Counted from the stretch's first letter, positions 1 through 8,014 are shown. The stretch is 14,309 bases of DNA from Promethearchaeia archaeon (GCA_029856105.1 JAHQWH010000223.1:1-14309); one strand, 5' to 3'. The notes: generated by a model from the sequence alone, not told the origin. Program-made: numbers and translations.

Positions 1-2
1 AA

Positions 3-68
3 TTAATAATATCATTAATTGAGAAAACAAAAAGAATGATTATTGAATTAAATCTATTCAAATTTTAA
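3..68 (+). CDS. Possible 3' end of an upstream CDS (partial, ...LIISLIEKTKRMIIELNLFKF*)
   Basis: Frame 3 is open from the window edge to TAA at 66-68, 25 nt before the next ATG; too short to identify. Confidence 0.35.
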   Translation, partial: LIISLIEKTKRMIIELNLFKF

Positions 69-93
69 GTGTATTAAAGGGTAAGGTTGAAAG

Positions 94-939
94 ATGATCC
101 TTTGGATATTAAATAGTGATTCAGGCATCAAATTGTTATATAAATCATTTTTAAAAACAGATGCCGATGAGGATATCGTTTCTGGATTTTTAACGGCTTT
201 TCACCATTTCTCTATGGAAGAATTTCACCAATCATTGGAATCTATAGAAATGGGGGGATTAAGGTGGATTTATATCTTGGAACCAAAACTCAAATTGCTT
301 TTCGTTGCTGCGGGTATAAAAAGTACTAAAACGGAGATTTTGATGGGTAGACTTAACGTTATAAAAGAGTCTTTTGTAAAAGAATTCAAGCCAGTTTGGA
401 TAAAAAAAGGACATAGTTGGGATGGGAATATGAACGTATATTTACCATTTCTTAAAGTAATTGAAGATTATTACGGTCAATGGGAGGAAGTAGAATCAAT
501 AAATCAAGTAGCGGACTTTTTTGATATTTTAGGAGTATTTCAACAAATTTTTATTATCTTGAGAAGTATCTTAGAAAATAGAATGTATAACAAATCAAAA
601 AACATAGTTTTACAGAAAATAGAAAATGTATGTAAGCAATTTAGAGAACAAGAGAAATTTAAAAACCAACCCGAATTGAAAAATATAACTTTTTCGAAAT
701 CATCATGGTTCAACATAATAGATATCAATTTGCTGAAATGTGAAAAGGATATAGTTGTAAAATTTTTAAAATCAATTCTTACCGAAGTAATTAAAACATT
801 GAAGGAAGTAAAAGGGAAAGATTTGTGTTTGAAGTATTTTAGCGAAGAAAGAGTTTATACCTATATCTATAATAATATGGACCTACTAAAAGATTTAAAA
901 TTAGATATGTTTTTATTAGAACTGTTTTTGTTAGTCTAA
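94..939 (+). CDS. Hypothetical protein with N-terminal longin-like domain and helical C-terminal domain (281 aa)
   Basis: The first ~130 aa follow the longin beta-beta-alpha-beta-beta-beta-alpha-alpha pattern (LWILNSDSGIKLLYKSF...DIVSGFLTAF...LESIEMGGLRWIY...LLFVA...LNVIKESF). Recognised by eye. Confidence 0.7.
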   Translation: MILWILNSDSGIKLLYKSFLKTDADEDIVSGFLTAFHHFSMEEFHQSLESIEMGGLRWIYILEPKLKLLFVAAGIKSTKTEILMGRLNVIKESFVKEFKPVWIKKGHSWDGNMNVYLPFLKVIEDYYGQWEEVESINQVADFFDILGVFQQIFIILRSILENRMYNKSKNIVLQKIENVCKQFREQEKFKNQPELKNITFSKSSWFNIIDINLLKCEKDIVVKFLKSILTEVIKTLKEVKGKDLCLKYFSEERVYTYIYNNMDLLKDLKLDMFLLELFLLV

Positions 940-942
940 ATT

Positions 943-978
943 TAAAAACAAAAGCTTCTATGACATCTTTGTGTTTTA
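943..978. terminator. Imperfect inverted repeat between convergent genes (possible terminator)
   Basis: TAAAAACAAAAG (943-954) and CTTTGTGTTTTA (967-978) pair with two bulges; lies between the stops at 939 and 980. Confidence 0.25.
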
Positions 979-979
979 C

Positions 980-1183
980 TTAAAATCTGCAACATAAACG
1001 ACGACCATAATCGAGATCATGCTTCAGATATTCATTAGATAGTATTTCCATAACTTTTTCATAATCAAGTTGAGTATTATAATCCTTATTGACTATATCA
1101 GGAATTTGTTCAATTTCTATTCCTGGAGTTGATACTAATCTAAAAATCTCTTTCTTTATGTCTTCAGATATATCTTCGGCCAT
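980..1183 (-). CDS. Small acidic HTH-like hypothetical protein with C-terminal RRLCCRF (67 aa)
   Basis: Clean ORF filling the gap, 34 nt downstream of the FAH pair; helical pattern; vicinal Cys pair at the C-terminus. Confidence 0.75.
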   Translation of the reverse strand: MAEDISEDIKKEIFRLVSTPGIEIEQIPDIVNKDYNTQLDYEKVMEILSNEYLKHDLDYGRRLCCRF

Positions 1184-1217
1184 ATAATGATAATGTTTTT
1201 TTAACTAAAAAAATTAG

Positions 1218-1895
1218 TTATTTCTGTTCTAAAATTACTTCATGGGTAATGGTACCTATTTTTTCTATAGAAGCCTCAATGACATCTCCCGGTTGTATTG
1301 GGCCTATTCCGCTTGGAGTACCCGTTGCGATTATATCTCCTCTTTGCAAAGTAACAAACTTCGATAAATATTCTAAAATTTGAGGAATTTTGAACAACAT
1401 GTGTTTCGTATTAGAAAATTGTTTGGTTTGCCCGTTAAGCTTTAATTGAATCGTAAGGTTATGTGGGTCGTTAATTTCGCTGTTTGGAACAATTGTTGGT
1501 CCTATTGGTCCAAAAGTATCGAAATTTTTGCTTCTATACCATGGTAAATTTATATTTCTATCGCTTTTTTGCATAGTTCTCGCAGTTAAGTCCAAAAAAA
1601 TTGTATATCCTTGGATGTAATTGAAAGCATTGTCAACCAAGATGTTTTTACATGTTTGGGAAATAACAAAAGCTAGTTCCACTTCGTGATCTACTCGCTT
1701 ATAACTCTGACTTTCATACAAAATTTTAGGATAAATAATTGGTTTATTATCAGTTACTAGCGTGTTAAGTGTTTTAACAAAAAATACAGGTTCCGTAGGA
1801 ATAGGTGCGTTTGTCTCTCTAATATGATCCAAATAGTTCCGTCCTAGACATACAATTTTGGTTGGATTTATATTAGTACTGCCAATTTTTACCAT
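1218..1895 (-). CDS. Fumarylacetoacetate hydrolase family protein (FAHD1/YcgM-like signature)
   Basis: Motifs GRNYxxHxxE, DHEVEL, LDLTAR, WxxSKxFDTFGPIGP and GDIIATGTPSG. Confidence 0.95.
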   Translation of the reverse strand: MVKIGSTNINPTKIVCLGRNYLDHIRETNAPIPTEPVFFVKTLNTLVTDNKPIIYPKILYESQSYKRVDHEVELAFVISQTCKNILVDNAFNYIQGYTIFLDLTARTMQKSDRNINLPWYRSKNFDTFGPIGPTIVPNSEINDPHNLTIQLKLNGQTKQFSNTKHMLFKIPQILEYLSKFVTLQRGDIIATGTPSGIGPIQPGDVIEASIEKIGTITHEVILEQK

Positions 1896-2582
1896 TTAAG
1901 TCAACTCCTTCTCTAATACTACTTTATTTGTCAAGGTACCAATTTTTTCGATCGATGCTTCTATCAAATCTCCAGGTTTGATTGGTCCTATGCCTGAGGG
2001 TGTTCCAGTTGCTATAATATCTCCTGGTTCCATAGTAAAAAATTTTGAAATGTTTTCTAAAAGCTCCGGAACTTTAAACAACAAATACTTAGTATTCGAT
2101 AATTGTTTAGTTTCTCCATTTACTTTTAACTCAATTTTGAGATCATGAGGATCTTTAATCTCAGAAAGACTTACAATTCTAGGACCAATTGGACCGAAAG
2201 TATCTAATGATTTAGAGCGAAACCAAGGTAATTTTGAAACTATATCTTTAGTTTGTATCTTCCGTGCAGTAATATCGTTAAATACAGTATAACCTAAAAT
2301 ATGATCGTAAGCTTGACTTACACTCACATATTTACATCTATCTTTAATGATAAACGCTAGTTCTACTTCAAAATCAATTCGGTTGTATTTACGGTTACTA
2401 AATATCCAGTTTGGATAAATAATTGGTTCATGATCCCCTATCAGACAATTTAATGTTTTTGGAAAAAGAACGGGTTCTTTTGGTATATCTGACTTTGTTT
2501 CTTCAATGTGATCCAAATAATTAGTACCAATACATATTATTTTTGTAGGACTAATCATTGTTTCTCCAATTTTCATAATCAT
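1896..2582 (-). CDS. Fumarylacetoacetate hydrolase family protein (paralog)
   Basis: Motifs GTNYxxHxxE, DFEVEL, NDITAR, DTFGPIGP and GDIIATGTPSG. Stop codon abuts the next ATG. Start could be the second ATG at 2576. Confidence 0.95.
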   Translation of the reverse strand: MIMKIGETMISPTKIICIGTNYLDHIEETKSDIPKEPVLFPKTLNCLIGDHEPIIYPNWIFSNRKYNRIDFEVELAFIIKDRCKYVSVSQAYDHILGYTVFNDITARKIQTKDIVSKLPWFRSKSLDTFGPIGPRIVSLSEIKDPHDLKIELKVNGETKQLSNTKYLLFKVPELLENISKFFTMEPGDIIATGTPSGIGPIKPGDLIEASIEKIGTLTNKVVLEKELT

Positions 2583-2585
2583 ATG

Positions 2586-2594
2586 TCACTCCTT
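2586..2594 (-). promoter_or_regulatory. Shine-Dalgarno-like site AAGGAGTGA for the FAH operon
   Basis: Near match to the archaeal GGAGGTGA consensus, directly upstream of ATG 2582/2576. Confidence 0.7.
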
Positions 2595-2598
2595 TAGC

Positions 2599-2660
2599 TA
2601 GTTTGTGCCTTTCGTCATAAAAAAACGATTAGTTCGTTGTCTTTTAGAACAAGGCAACTA
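2599..2660 (-). ncRNA. Candidate structured 5' leader RNA (cis-regulatory element)
   Basis: Nested complementarity on the minus strand: UAGUU-GCCUU...AAGGC-aca-AACUA encloses GUUC/GAAC and UCGU/ACGA hairpins, with an alternative AACGA/UCGUU rod. Lies between TTTAAA elements (~2678-2690) and the SD. Confidence 0.45.
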
Positions 2661-2767
2661 TACTTAATTAAATAAGGTTTAAATTTTAAAGATGATTAAT
2701 TTTCAGATAATAGTAAAAGCTTAAATTATAAGCAAAGAATAGATAAAACAAAGAAAAATTGATTAAA

Positions 2768-3292
2768 ATGAGCCAAAAAGACGTAATTTTGACATTAAAG
2801 ATTGCTATGGCAGCGGTTTTTATGGCTGTTGGAATTACTTTAAGTTATCTTAATCCATTTGGATATTTTTTGTTGTTCGGTACAAAGATAAATCCTTTCG
2901 CTCATTTAATAAATGTAATTACGGGAGTTCTAATAGGAGTTACTTTTTCTAGCATTACTGCTTTAGGTATTGCAAGTATACGGTATTCAGCTGGAATTGG
3001 ATCGATCCACGCTTTTCATGGAGGCATATCTGGCGCGGTTGTTGTTGGAATCGTGTCTCACATTTTATGGAAAAAGAAACCAAAGTATGTTGACTATGCC
3101 GCATTTACGGAACCAATTGGTACAGTATTCATTGGTGGTACCATAACAGCTTTAATTCAAGGGTTTACACTAGAAATTCTACTATATTATTGGGTGTTAT
3201 TTATGCTGAGCTCTGTTGTGGGATCTGCTCTAGGTTTCATAGTTTTAAAAATTCTTAAGCGCTCTGGGTATTCAAGAGATAGGTTCTCCTAA
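2768..3292 (+). CDS. thiW: ECF transporter S component, ThiW family (thiazole/thiamine precursor uptake)
   Basis: Hydrophobic ~175-aa protein with ThiW-like motifs TKINPFAHLINV, IRYSAGIGSIHAFHGG and EPIGT. ATG at 2768 preferred over TTG at 2759. Confidence 0.8.
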   Translation: MSQKDVILTLKIAMAAVFMAVGITLSYLNPFGYFLLFGTKINPFAHLINVITGVLIGVTFSSITALGIASIRYSAGIGSIHAFHGGISGAVVVGIVSHILWKKKPKYVDYAAFTEPIGTVFIGGTITALIQGFTLEILLYYWVLFMLSSVVGSALGFIVLKILKRSGYSRDRFS

Positions 3293-3323
3293 ATACAAAA
3301 AAATTTATTATTCCAAAAAATTT

Positions 3324-3911
3324 ATGAAATTTAATAGAGACTTAAATTTTGGCAATTTAATTGGTCAGAAAACACTTATCTATGGGGAAACGAATACTGG
3401 TAAAACTTTATACACCGCTAATTTTGTTCAATTTCTCCTAGAAAGTAAAAATAATGACCCTAAAGAGATAAGCATACTAGATTTTGCTCCAAAGTTAACT
3501 TATTTTAACGATTTAAAGATTGGTGGAAGAGTTCAAGATTATTTCGAAAATAGCGTAAAATGCAATAACATTAAAGTTATAGGAGAGATTATTCCCCCCC
3601 GTCTAAATGCTAAGAATAAAAATGAATTGTATATCAACATTTGTCATAATTTTAAAAAAATATATGAAATTATAGAAATTTTTAACAGTAGCCCCACTCC
3701 AGTGTTAATTATTAACGATATTTCATTATTTTTGCACTTAGGGAGTAATAAATACTTAATTAACACGATAAATAAATCAGATACTTTTTTTGGAAATTCT
3801 TATTATGGATCATCTATTAGTAGTAAATTCTCGAAACTAATAAGCATCAAAGAAAAGAGAAAAGTTGAATCCCTTATTAAAAATGTAGAAAACTCTTTTA
3901 CAACAACTTAA
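3324..3911 (+). CDS. Small stand-alone P-loop NTPase of unknown function (195 aa)
   Basis: Walker A GETNTGKT after the strand TLIY; ILDFAP after the second strand; Walker-B-like VLIIND. Confidence 0.8.
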   Translation: MKFNRDLNFGNLIGQKTLIYGETNTGKTLYTANFVQFLLESKNNDPKEISILDFAPKLTYFNDLKIGGRVQDYFENSVKCNNIKVIGEIIPPRLNAKNKNELYINICHNFKKIYEIIEIFNSSPTPVLIINDISLFLHLGSNKYLINTINKSDTFFGNSYYGSSISSKFSKLISIKEKRKVESLIKNVENSFTTT

Positions 3912-4054
3912 TCCACTTTTATTTTTCGATTTGATTATTTTTCTTTTAAATTATAATTGTAAATGATAATAATCACTTCAAATATTTACAATCAAATGCC
4001 AAATTAGTTTGTGAATTTACTAATTTAATACTAAATAAATGAGAAATTTTAAAG

Positions 4055-4906
4055 ATGGATAATAGTATACCTAGTTTAAAAGGAAAAACAGCGTTTATTA
4101 CGGGGGCAAGTCGAGGAATTGGGAAAGCGATAGCTATGAGATTAGCTGAAAATGGTGCGAATATCGCCGTAGTAGCTAAAACCAAAGACCCACATCCGAC
4201 GCTACCTGGAACAGTCTATTCCGCTGTTGAAGATATTAAATCTGTGGGGGGTAAGGCAATCCCATGTGTTGCTGATATCCGATTTGAAGATCAAATCCAA
4301 ACCGCTGTAGATGCAACTATTAAAGAATTTGGAGGGATTGATATCTTGGTAAATGATGCAAGTGCGATAAGTCTGACTCCCACTCTAAAAACTCCAATGA
4401 AACGTTTTGATCTCATGTTTTCTGTAAATGTTCGTGGAACATTTTTATGCTCAAAGTTATGTATTCCTTATTTAAAGAATTCTGATAATCCTCACATATT
4501 AAATCTCTCACCCCCGTTAAATATGGACTCAAAATGGTTTGCTCATCACGTAGCCTATACCATGTCAAAATACGGTATGAGTATGTGTGTCCTTGGTATG
4601 GCTGAAGAATTAAAAAAGGATGGGATAGCAGTAAACGCTTTATGGCCTAGAACTGCTATCGCCACAGCAGCAGTAAAGAATTTACTGGGAGGGGAAACTG
4701 CTGTCAAGCACGCGAGAAAACCAGAAATTGTAGCTGATGCTGCTTACATAATTTTAACTAGACCCAGTAGAGATTATACAGGTAATTTTTTCATTGATGA
4801 TGAAGTGTTAATCGAAGATGGAGTAACCGATCTAAGTAAGTATTCTGTTGTACCTAACGCTCGACTTACGCCAGATTTTTTTCTGTATGGTGGAGGACAA
4901 ACTTAG
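4055..4906 (+). CDS. Short-chain dehydrogenase/reductase, HSDL2 / citronellol-dehydrogenase-like
   Basis: TGASRGIG, AKTxxPHPxLPGT, catalytic YTMSK, NALWPRT and TGNFFIDD; no SCP2 domain. Confidence 0.92.
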   Translation: MDNSIPSLKGKTAFITGASRGIGKAIAMRLAENGANIAVVAKTKDPHPTLPGTVYSAVEDIKSVGGKAIPCVADIRFEDQIQTAVDATIKEFGGIDILVNDASAISLTPTLKTPMKRFDLMFSVNVRGTFLCSKLCIPYLKNSDNPHILNLSPPLNMDSKWFAHHVAYTMSKYGMSMCVLGMAEELKKDGIAVNALWPRTAIATAAVKNLLGGETAVKHARKPEIVADAAYIILTRPSRDYTGNFFIDDEVLIEDGVTDLSKYSVVPNARLTPDFFLYGGGQT

Positions 4907-4970
4907 TTATTTTTTTAATTTAAATCATAATTTCCTTTGTTCAAATAAGATAGAAAATGCCTTATTCTGG

Positions 4971-4988
4971 TTTACTAATTTTAGTAAA
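4971..4988. promoter_or_regulatory. Palindrome TTTACTAA-tt-TTAGTAAA upstream of adk (possible operator)
   Basis: Perfect 8-bp arms with a 2-nt spacer in the intergenic region; the AT-rich background lowers significance. Confidence 0.3.
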
Positions 4989-5064
4989 TATTATTAAAGA
5001 AAGTTATTTAATTCACTCATACTCTTTAATATTAATAAAAAATAATATTCGCTTAATATAAGAG

Positions 5065-5727
5065 ATGATTAAATTGAAATCAAAAGTGCGAGTTGTTCTA
5101 TTCGGACCTCCAGGAAGTGGAAAAGGCACGTTCTCTTCTCAAATAAAGAAAGTATTACCTGATATACCGCATATTAGCACTGGGGATATTTTCCGAGAAA
5201 ATTTAAAAAATGAAACGCCCATTGGTTTAAAGGCTAAAGAATATATGGATAAGGGTGAATTAGTTCCGGATGAAGTAACTATTGATATGGTAGGGGATAG
5301 ACTTAGTAAAGAAGATGTAAAAGAGCATGGATTCATATTAGATGGCTTTCCAAGAACTATAACCCAAACTGAAGCTTTAACCGAGATAACTAAAATAGAT
5401 CTATTCCTTTTATTAGATGTAAGTCGCGATATCATTACAAAAAGAATTTTAGGAAGGTACTCTTGTAAAAATTGCGGTGAAATCTATAATAAATACACTC
5501 TTCCTCCAAAAACAGAAGGTATTTGCGATAAATGTGGCGTTGAAATTAAATTTGAACAAAGGAGCGACGACAATGAAGAAACTTTAAAAAATCGGTTAGA
5601 TACTTACGAAAAGAACGCAAAACCAATAATAAAATACTACAAAAAGAAAAAGTTGATGAGAAAGATAAACGCTGAAAATACTTTAGAATTAACCGAGAAG
5701 GATATTAAAAAGATACTCGAAGTGTAA
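5065..5727 (+). CDS. adk: Adenylate kinase (long-LID, zinc-binding type)
   Basis: GPPGSGKGT, HISTGDIFR, GELVPD, ILDGFPRT, LID CKNC...CDKC and QRSDD. Confidence 0.96.
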   Translation: MIKLKSKVRVVLFGPPGSGKGTFSSQIKKVLPDIPHISTGDIFRENLKNETPIGLKAKEYMDKGELVPDEVTIDMVGDRLSKEDVKEHGFILDGFPRTITQTEALTEITKIDLFLLLDVSRDIITKRILGRYSCKNCGEIYNKYTLPPKTEGICDKCGVEIKFEQRSDDNEETLKNRLDTYEKNAKPIIKYYKKKKLMRKINAENTLELTEKDIKKILEV

Positions 5728-5763
5728 ATTTATTTTTACAATAATTTTTTTTATAGGATTATA

Positions 5764-6519
5764 ATGAAATATAAGATCTGTGTTGCAATTCCAATTAAAT
5801 CCGATGATCTTAATAAAAATAGGCAATTAGTAGAAAAATCGCTAGAAAAAAAGCCTGATTTAATTGAATTTAGATTTGATTACATAAATGAAGTTAAATT
5901 TATCACTCTTTCCTTTTTAACTGAATTGTTGAGTCTTATCACACCTAAAATACCAATAATCTTTACTTTTAGGAGAATTCAAGAGCGAGGCCAATATAAT
6001 CTTAATAAAGATGAACGATTACAAATTTTAAAGTTATTGGTTGAGGCAAAACCCGATTATTTGGATATAGAAATGAAGTCTGATATTAAAATTTTGAAAA
6101 TAATTACAAATTTAGCTTACAAAAATAATGTAGATTTAATTTTCTCTTTTCATGATTTTGAAGATACACCTACATATGGAGAAACAATTTCTCTTCTAGA
6201 TAAGCTTAAAGATAAGTTGGTTCATGATTGCTCTTTAGATTTAGATAAAATACATGAAAGTGTCTTTAAATTAATATTTACTCCTCAAAAATTCGAGGAT
6301 AATTTAAACATTTTAAAAATTTGCAGAACAATTTCACAAGACGGCAAAAAGATAGTATGTTTTGCCATGGGCGAATTGGGGATTTTTTCCAGAATAATAT
6401 GCGTTAAATTTGGTTCACTATGGACATATGGTTCTCTAGGAATAAAAACAGCTCCTGGACAAATTAACGTCAAAACTTTACGAGAAATACATCAATTATT
6501 ATTTAATTCTAATTCTTGA
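5764..6519 (+). CDS. aroD: Type I 3-dehydroquinate dehydratase
   Basis: IEFRFD, IFTFR, YLDIE, SFHDF (catalytic His), FKL (Schiff-base Lys), AMGELGxxSR and TAPGQ. Overlaps the convergent gene by 11 bp. Confidence 0.93.
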   Translation: MKYKICVAIPIKSDDLNKNRQLVEKSLEKKPDLIEFRFDYINEVKFITLSFLTELLSLITPKIPIIFTFRRIQERGQYNLNKDERLQILKLLVEAKPDYLDIEMKSDIKILKIITNLAYKNNVDLIFSFHDFEDTPTYGETISLLDKLKDKLVHDCSLDLDKIHESVFKLIFTPQKFEDNLNILKICRTISQDGKKIVCFAMGELGIFSRIICVKFGSLWTYGSLGIKTAPGQINVKTLREIHQLLFNSNS

Positions 6520-8014
6520 GGTTAATGACATTTCGATCTGAATTAATATCAAAATGAACGGGGAATTTTTGACCAACAAGTTCTTGTTTCTCTAATTTAA
6601 TTAAGATATCTGGTTCAGCATTAATAAAAGCTATAGTACGACGATTACTTTCAAGAGTTCCTATTACAATCCCTTGCTTGGGTACTCCAGTTCGATCATA
6701 AATTATAGTATATCCCTCTATGGTAAGTTCTCCATTAGCTTGTTCTATTGGTTTTGGTAATTGTTTTGATAAGATGGACTGTTGTATTTCAGTCTGATTT
6801 TCTTCACCCCATTGTATAAAAGGTGGGTCAGTACCGTAAATACCAAAGGACTGTTTTGTATTATATCCTCCATTTGCTATAACCATTACCTTCAATAAAG
6901 GATTTTTACGAATAAGATATACAGCAGAAACGATTGCGTGTAAAGAATAATTGCTCCATGGACCGCCAAAAAATGGAAGCCCACCTGTAATCGATAATGG
7001 ACGAGGATCATCTTCCAGTATCCCTAATTCATTTTTAATGATTTCTACAATAGACGGAAAACAACTATAAATGTCAAAAAGATCAATATCATCAAGTTTA
7101 AGTCCAGCTTGTTCTAATGCTAGAATTGCTCCTTCTTTTGCTGCGGGCGAATTATTAAGCTTTGGACGTTGGGTAATATTAAAAATGTTTTTAAAGTCTG
7201 CACCCCCCATTGGATAAATCCAGAGTTTAGAGTCAATATTGAGTTTTTCAGCGATTCTCTTACTTGTCATTATTAATGCGCTGGATTGATCTACAAATAC
7301 ATTAGAACACATAAGTTTAGTATAAGGGTGAGTTATATATCTGTTTTTAGAAGTTGGAGTTATAATTTCTTTAGCAGTATAAGAGCGTTGAGTCCAAGCA
7401 TAGGGGTTATTAGATGCAATCTTTGAGAAATGCTCAAAAATTTTACCTATATGATTTTCATGCTCTTCCAAGCTTCTTCCTGAAGCAGCGCGTACAGCAG
7501 TCTCAAAAATGGCATATGTAAGAAGAGGAAATATCAATCTATATCTATTTGCAAATTCGTTTATACCATTCCATAATTTACCCTCCATATATTTAGGAGT
7601 CTTCAATTTGGGCCAATTTAAATCAATTTTCCCCTTTTTTGCTTTATATATGGAGTATGAAGCTTCTCCACCCGTAATTAGGACTGCTTGACTTTTTCCA
7701 GAGGTTATAGCCTTCGCGGCCCTATTTACTAACATCTGAGGACTATTGCCCCCATCCGGTAAATAAACTTTATGTGTGGGTTTTAAACAGAGTATCTTGC
7801 TAAGCTCTTCTGGCGCATCCTCGTAGGACCAACTATTAATATTTACCATATAAACTGAATCAATTACATTCTTTAAATTGGGCGTCCCAGTATCAGTTAA
7901 AGCTATCTTACATGCGTTAGCCATGAGATTTAGCGGATCAAGTGGATCAAGAGTGCGTTTATGTTGTGTAAACTGACCAGCTCCTACAATTATTGGATAT
8001 GATTTATTACTCAT
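6509..8014 (-). CDS. Acetyl-CoA acetyltransferase-like / thiolase-like protein (TLP1 type, with extra C-terminal domain)
   Basis: PIIVGAGQ, GGNSPQ, GGEA, PYTKLM, VDQ, DIYSCFP, TGGLPFFGGPxxNY and ANGG; C-terminal beta domain (IEGYTIIYDRTG). Confidence 0.88.
   Translation of the reverse strand: MSNKSYPIIVGAGQFTQHKRTLDPLDPLNLMANACKIALTDTGTPNLKNVIDSVYMVNINSWSYEDAPEELSKILCLKPTHKVYLPDGGNSPQMLVNRAAKAITSGKSQAVLITGGEASYSIYKAKKGKIDLNWPKLKTPKYMEGKLWNGINEFANRYRLIFPLLTYAIFETAVRAASGRSLEEHENHIGKIFEHFSKIASNNPYAWTQRSYTAKEIITPTSKNRYITHPYTKLMCSNVFVDQSSALIMTSKRIAEKLNIDSKLWIYPMGGADFKNIFNITQRPKLNNSPAAKEGAILALEQAGLKLDDIDLFDIYSCFPSIVEIIKNELGILEDDPRPLSITGGLPFFGGPWSNYSLHAIVSAVYLIRKNPLLKVMVIANGGYNTKQSFGIYGTDPPFIQWGEENQTEIQQSILSKQLPKPIEQANGELTIEGYTIIYDRTGVPKQGIVIGTLESNRRTIAFINAEPDILIKLEKQELVGQKFPVHFDINSDRNVINLKN

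Noticed and set aside
540-728. 62-aa minus-strand ORF
   Set aside because: Antisense within the longin-like gene.
2599-2760. TPP riboswitch, hammerhead ribozyme or SECIS as the identity of the structured leader
   Set aside because: Lacks the TPP CUGAGA/CUGAU motifs and the hammerhead CUGANGA core; there is no in-frame UGA in the adjacent genes.
3973-4185. 70-aa minus-strand ORF
   Set aside because: Mostly antisense to the SDR N-terminus; a typical shadow ORF.
5139-5435. 98-aa minus-strand ORF
   Set aside because: Antisense within adk.
6285-6473. 62-aa minus-strand ORF
   Set aside because: Antisense within aroD.
7509-7691. 60-aa plus-strand ORF
   Set aside because: Antisense within the thiolase-like gene.
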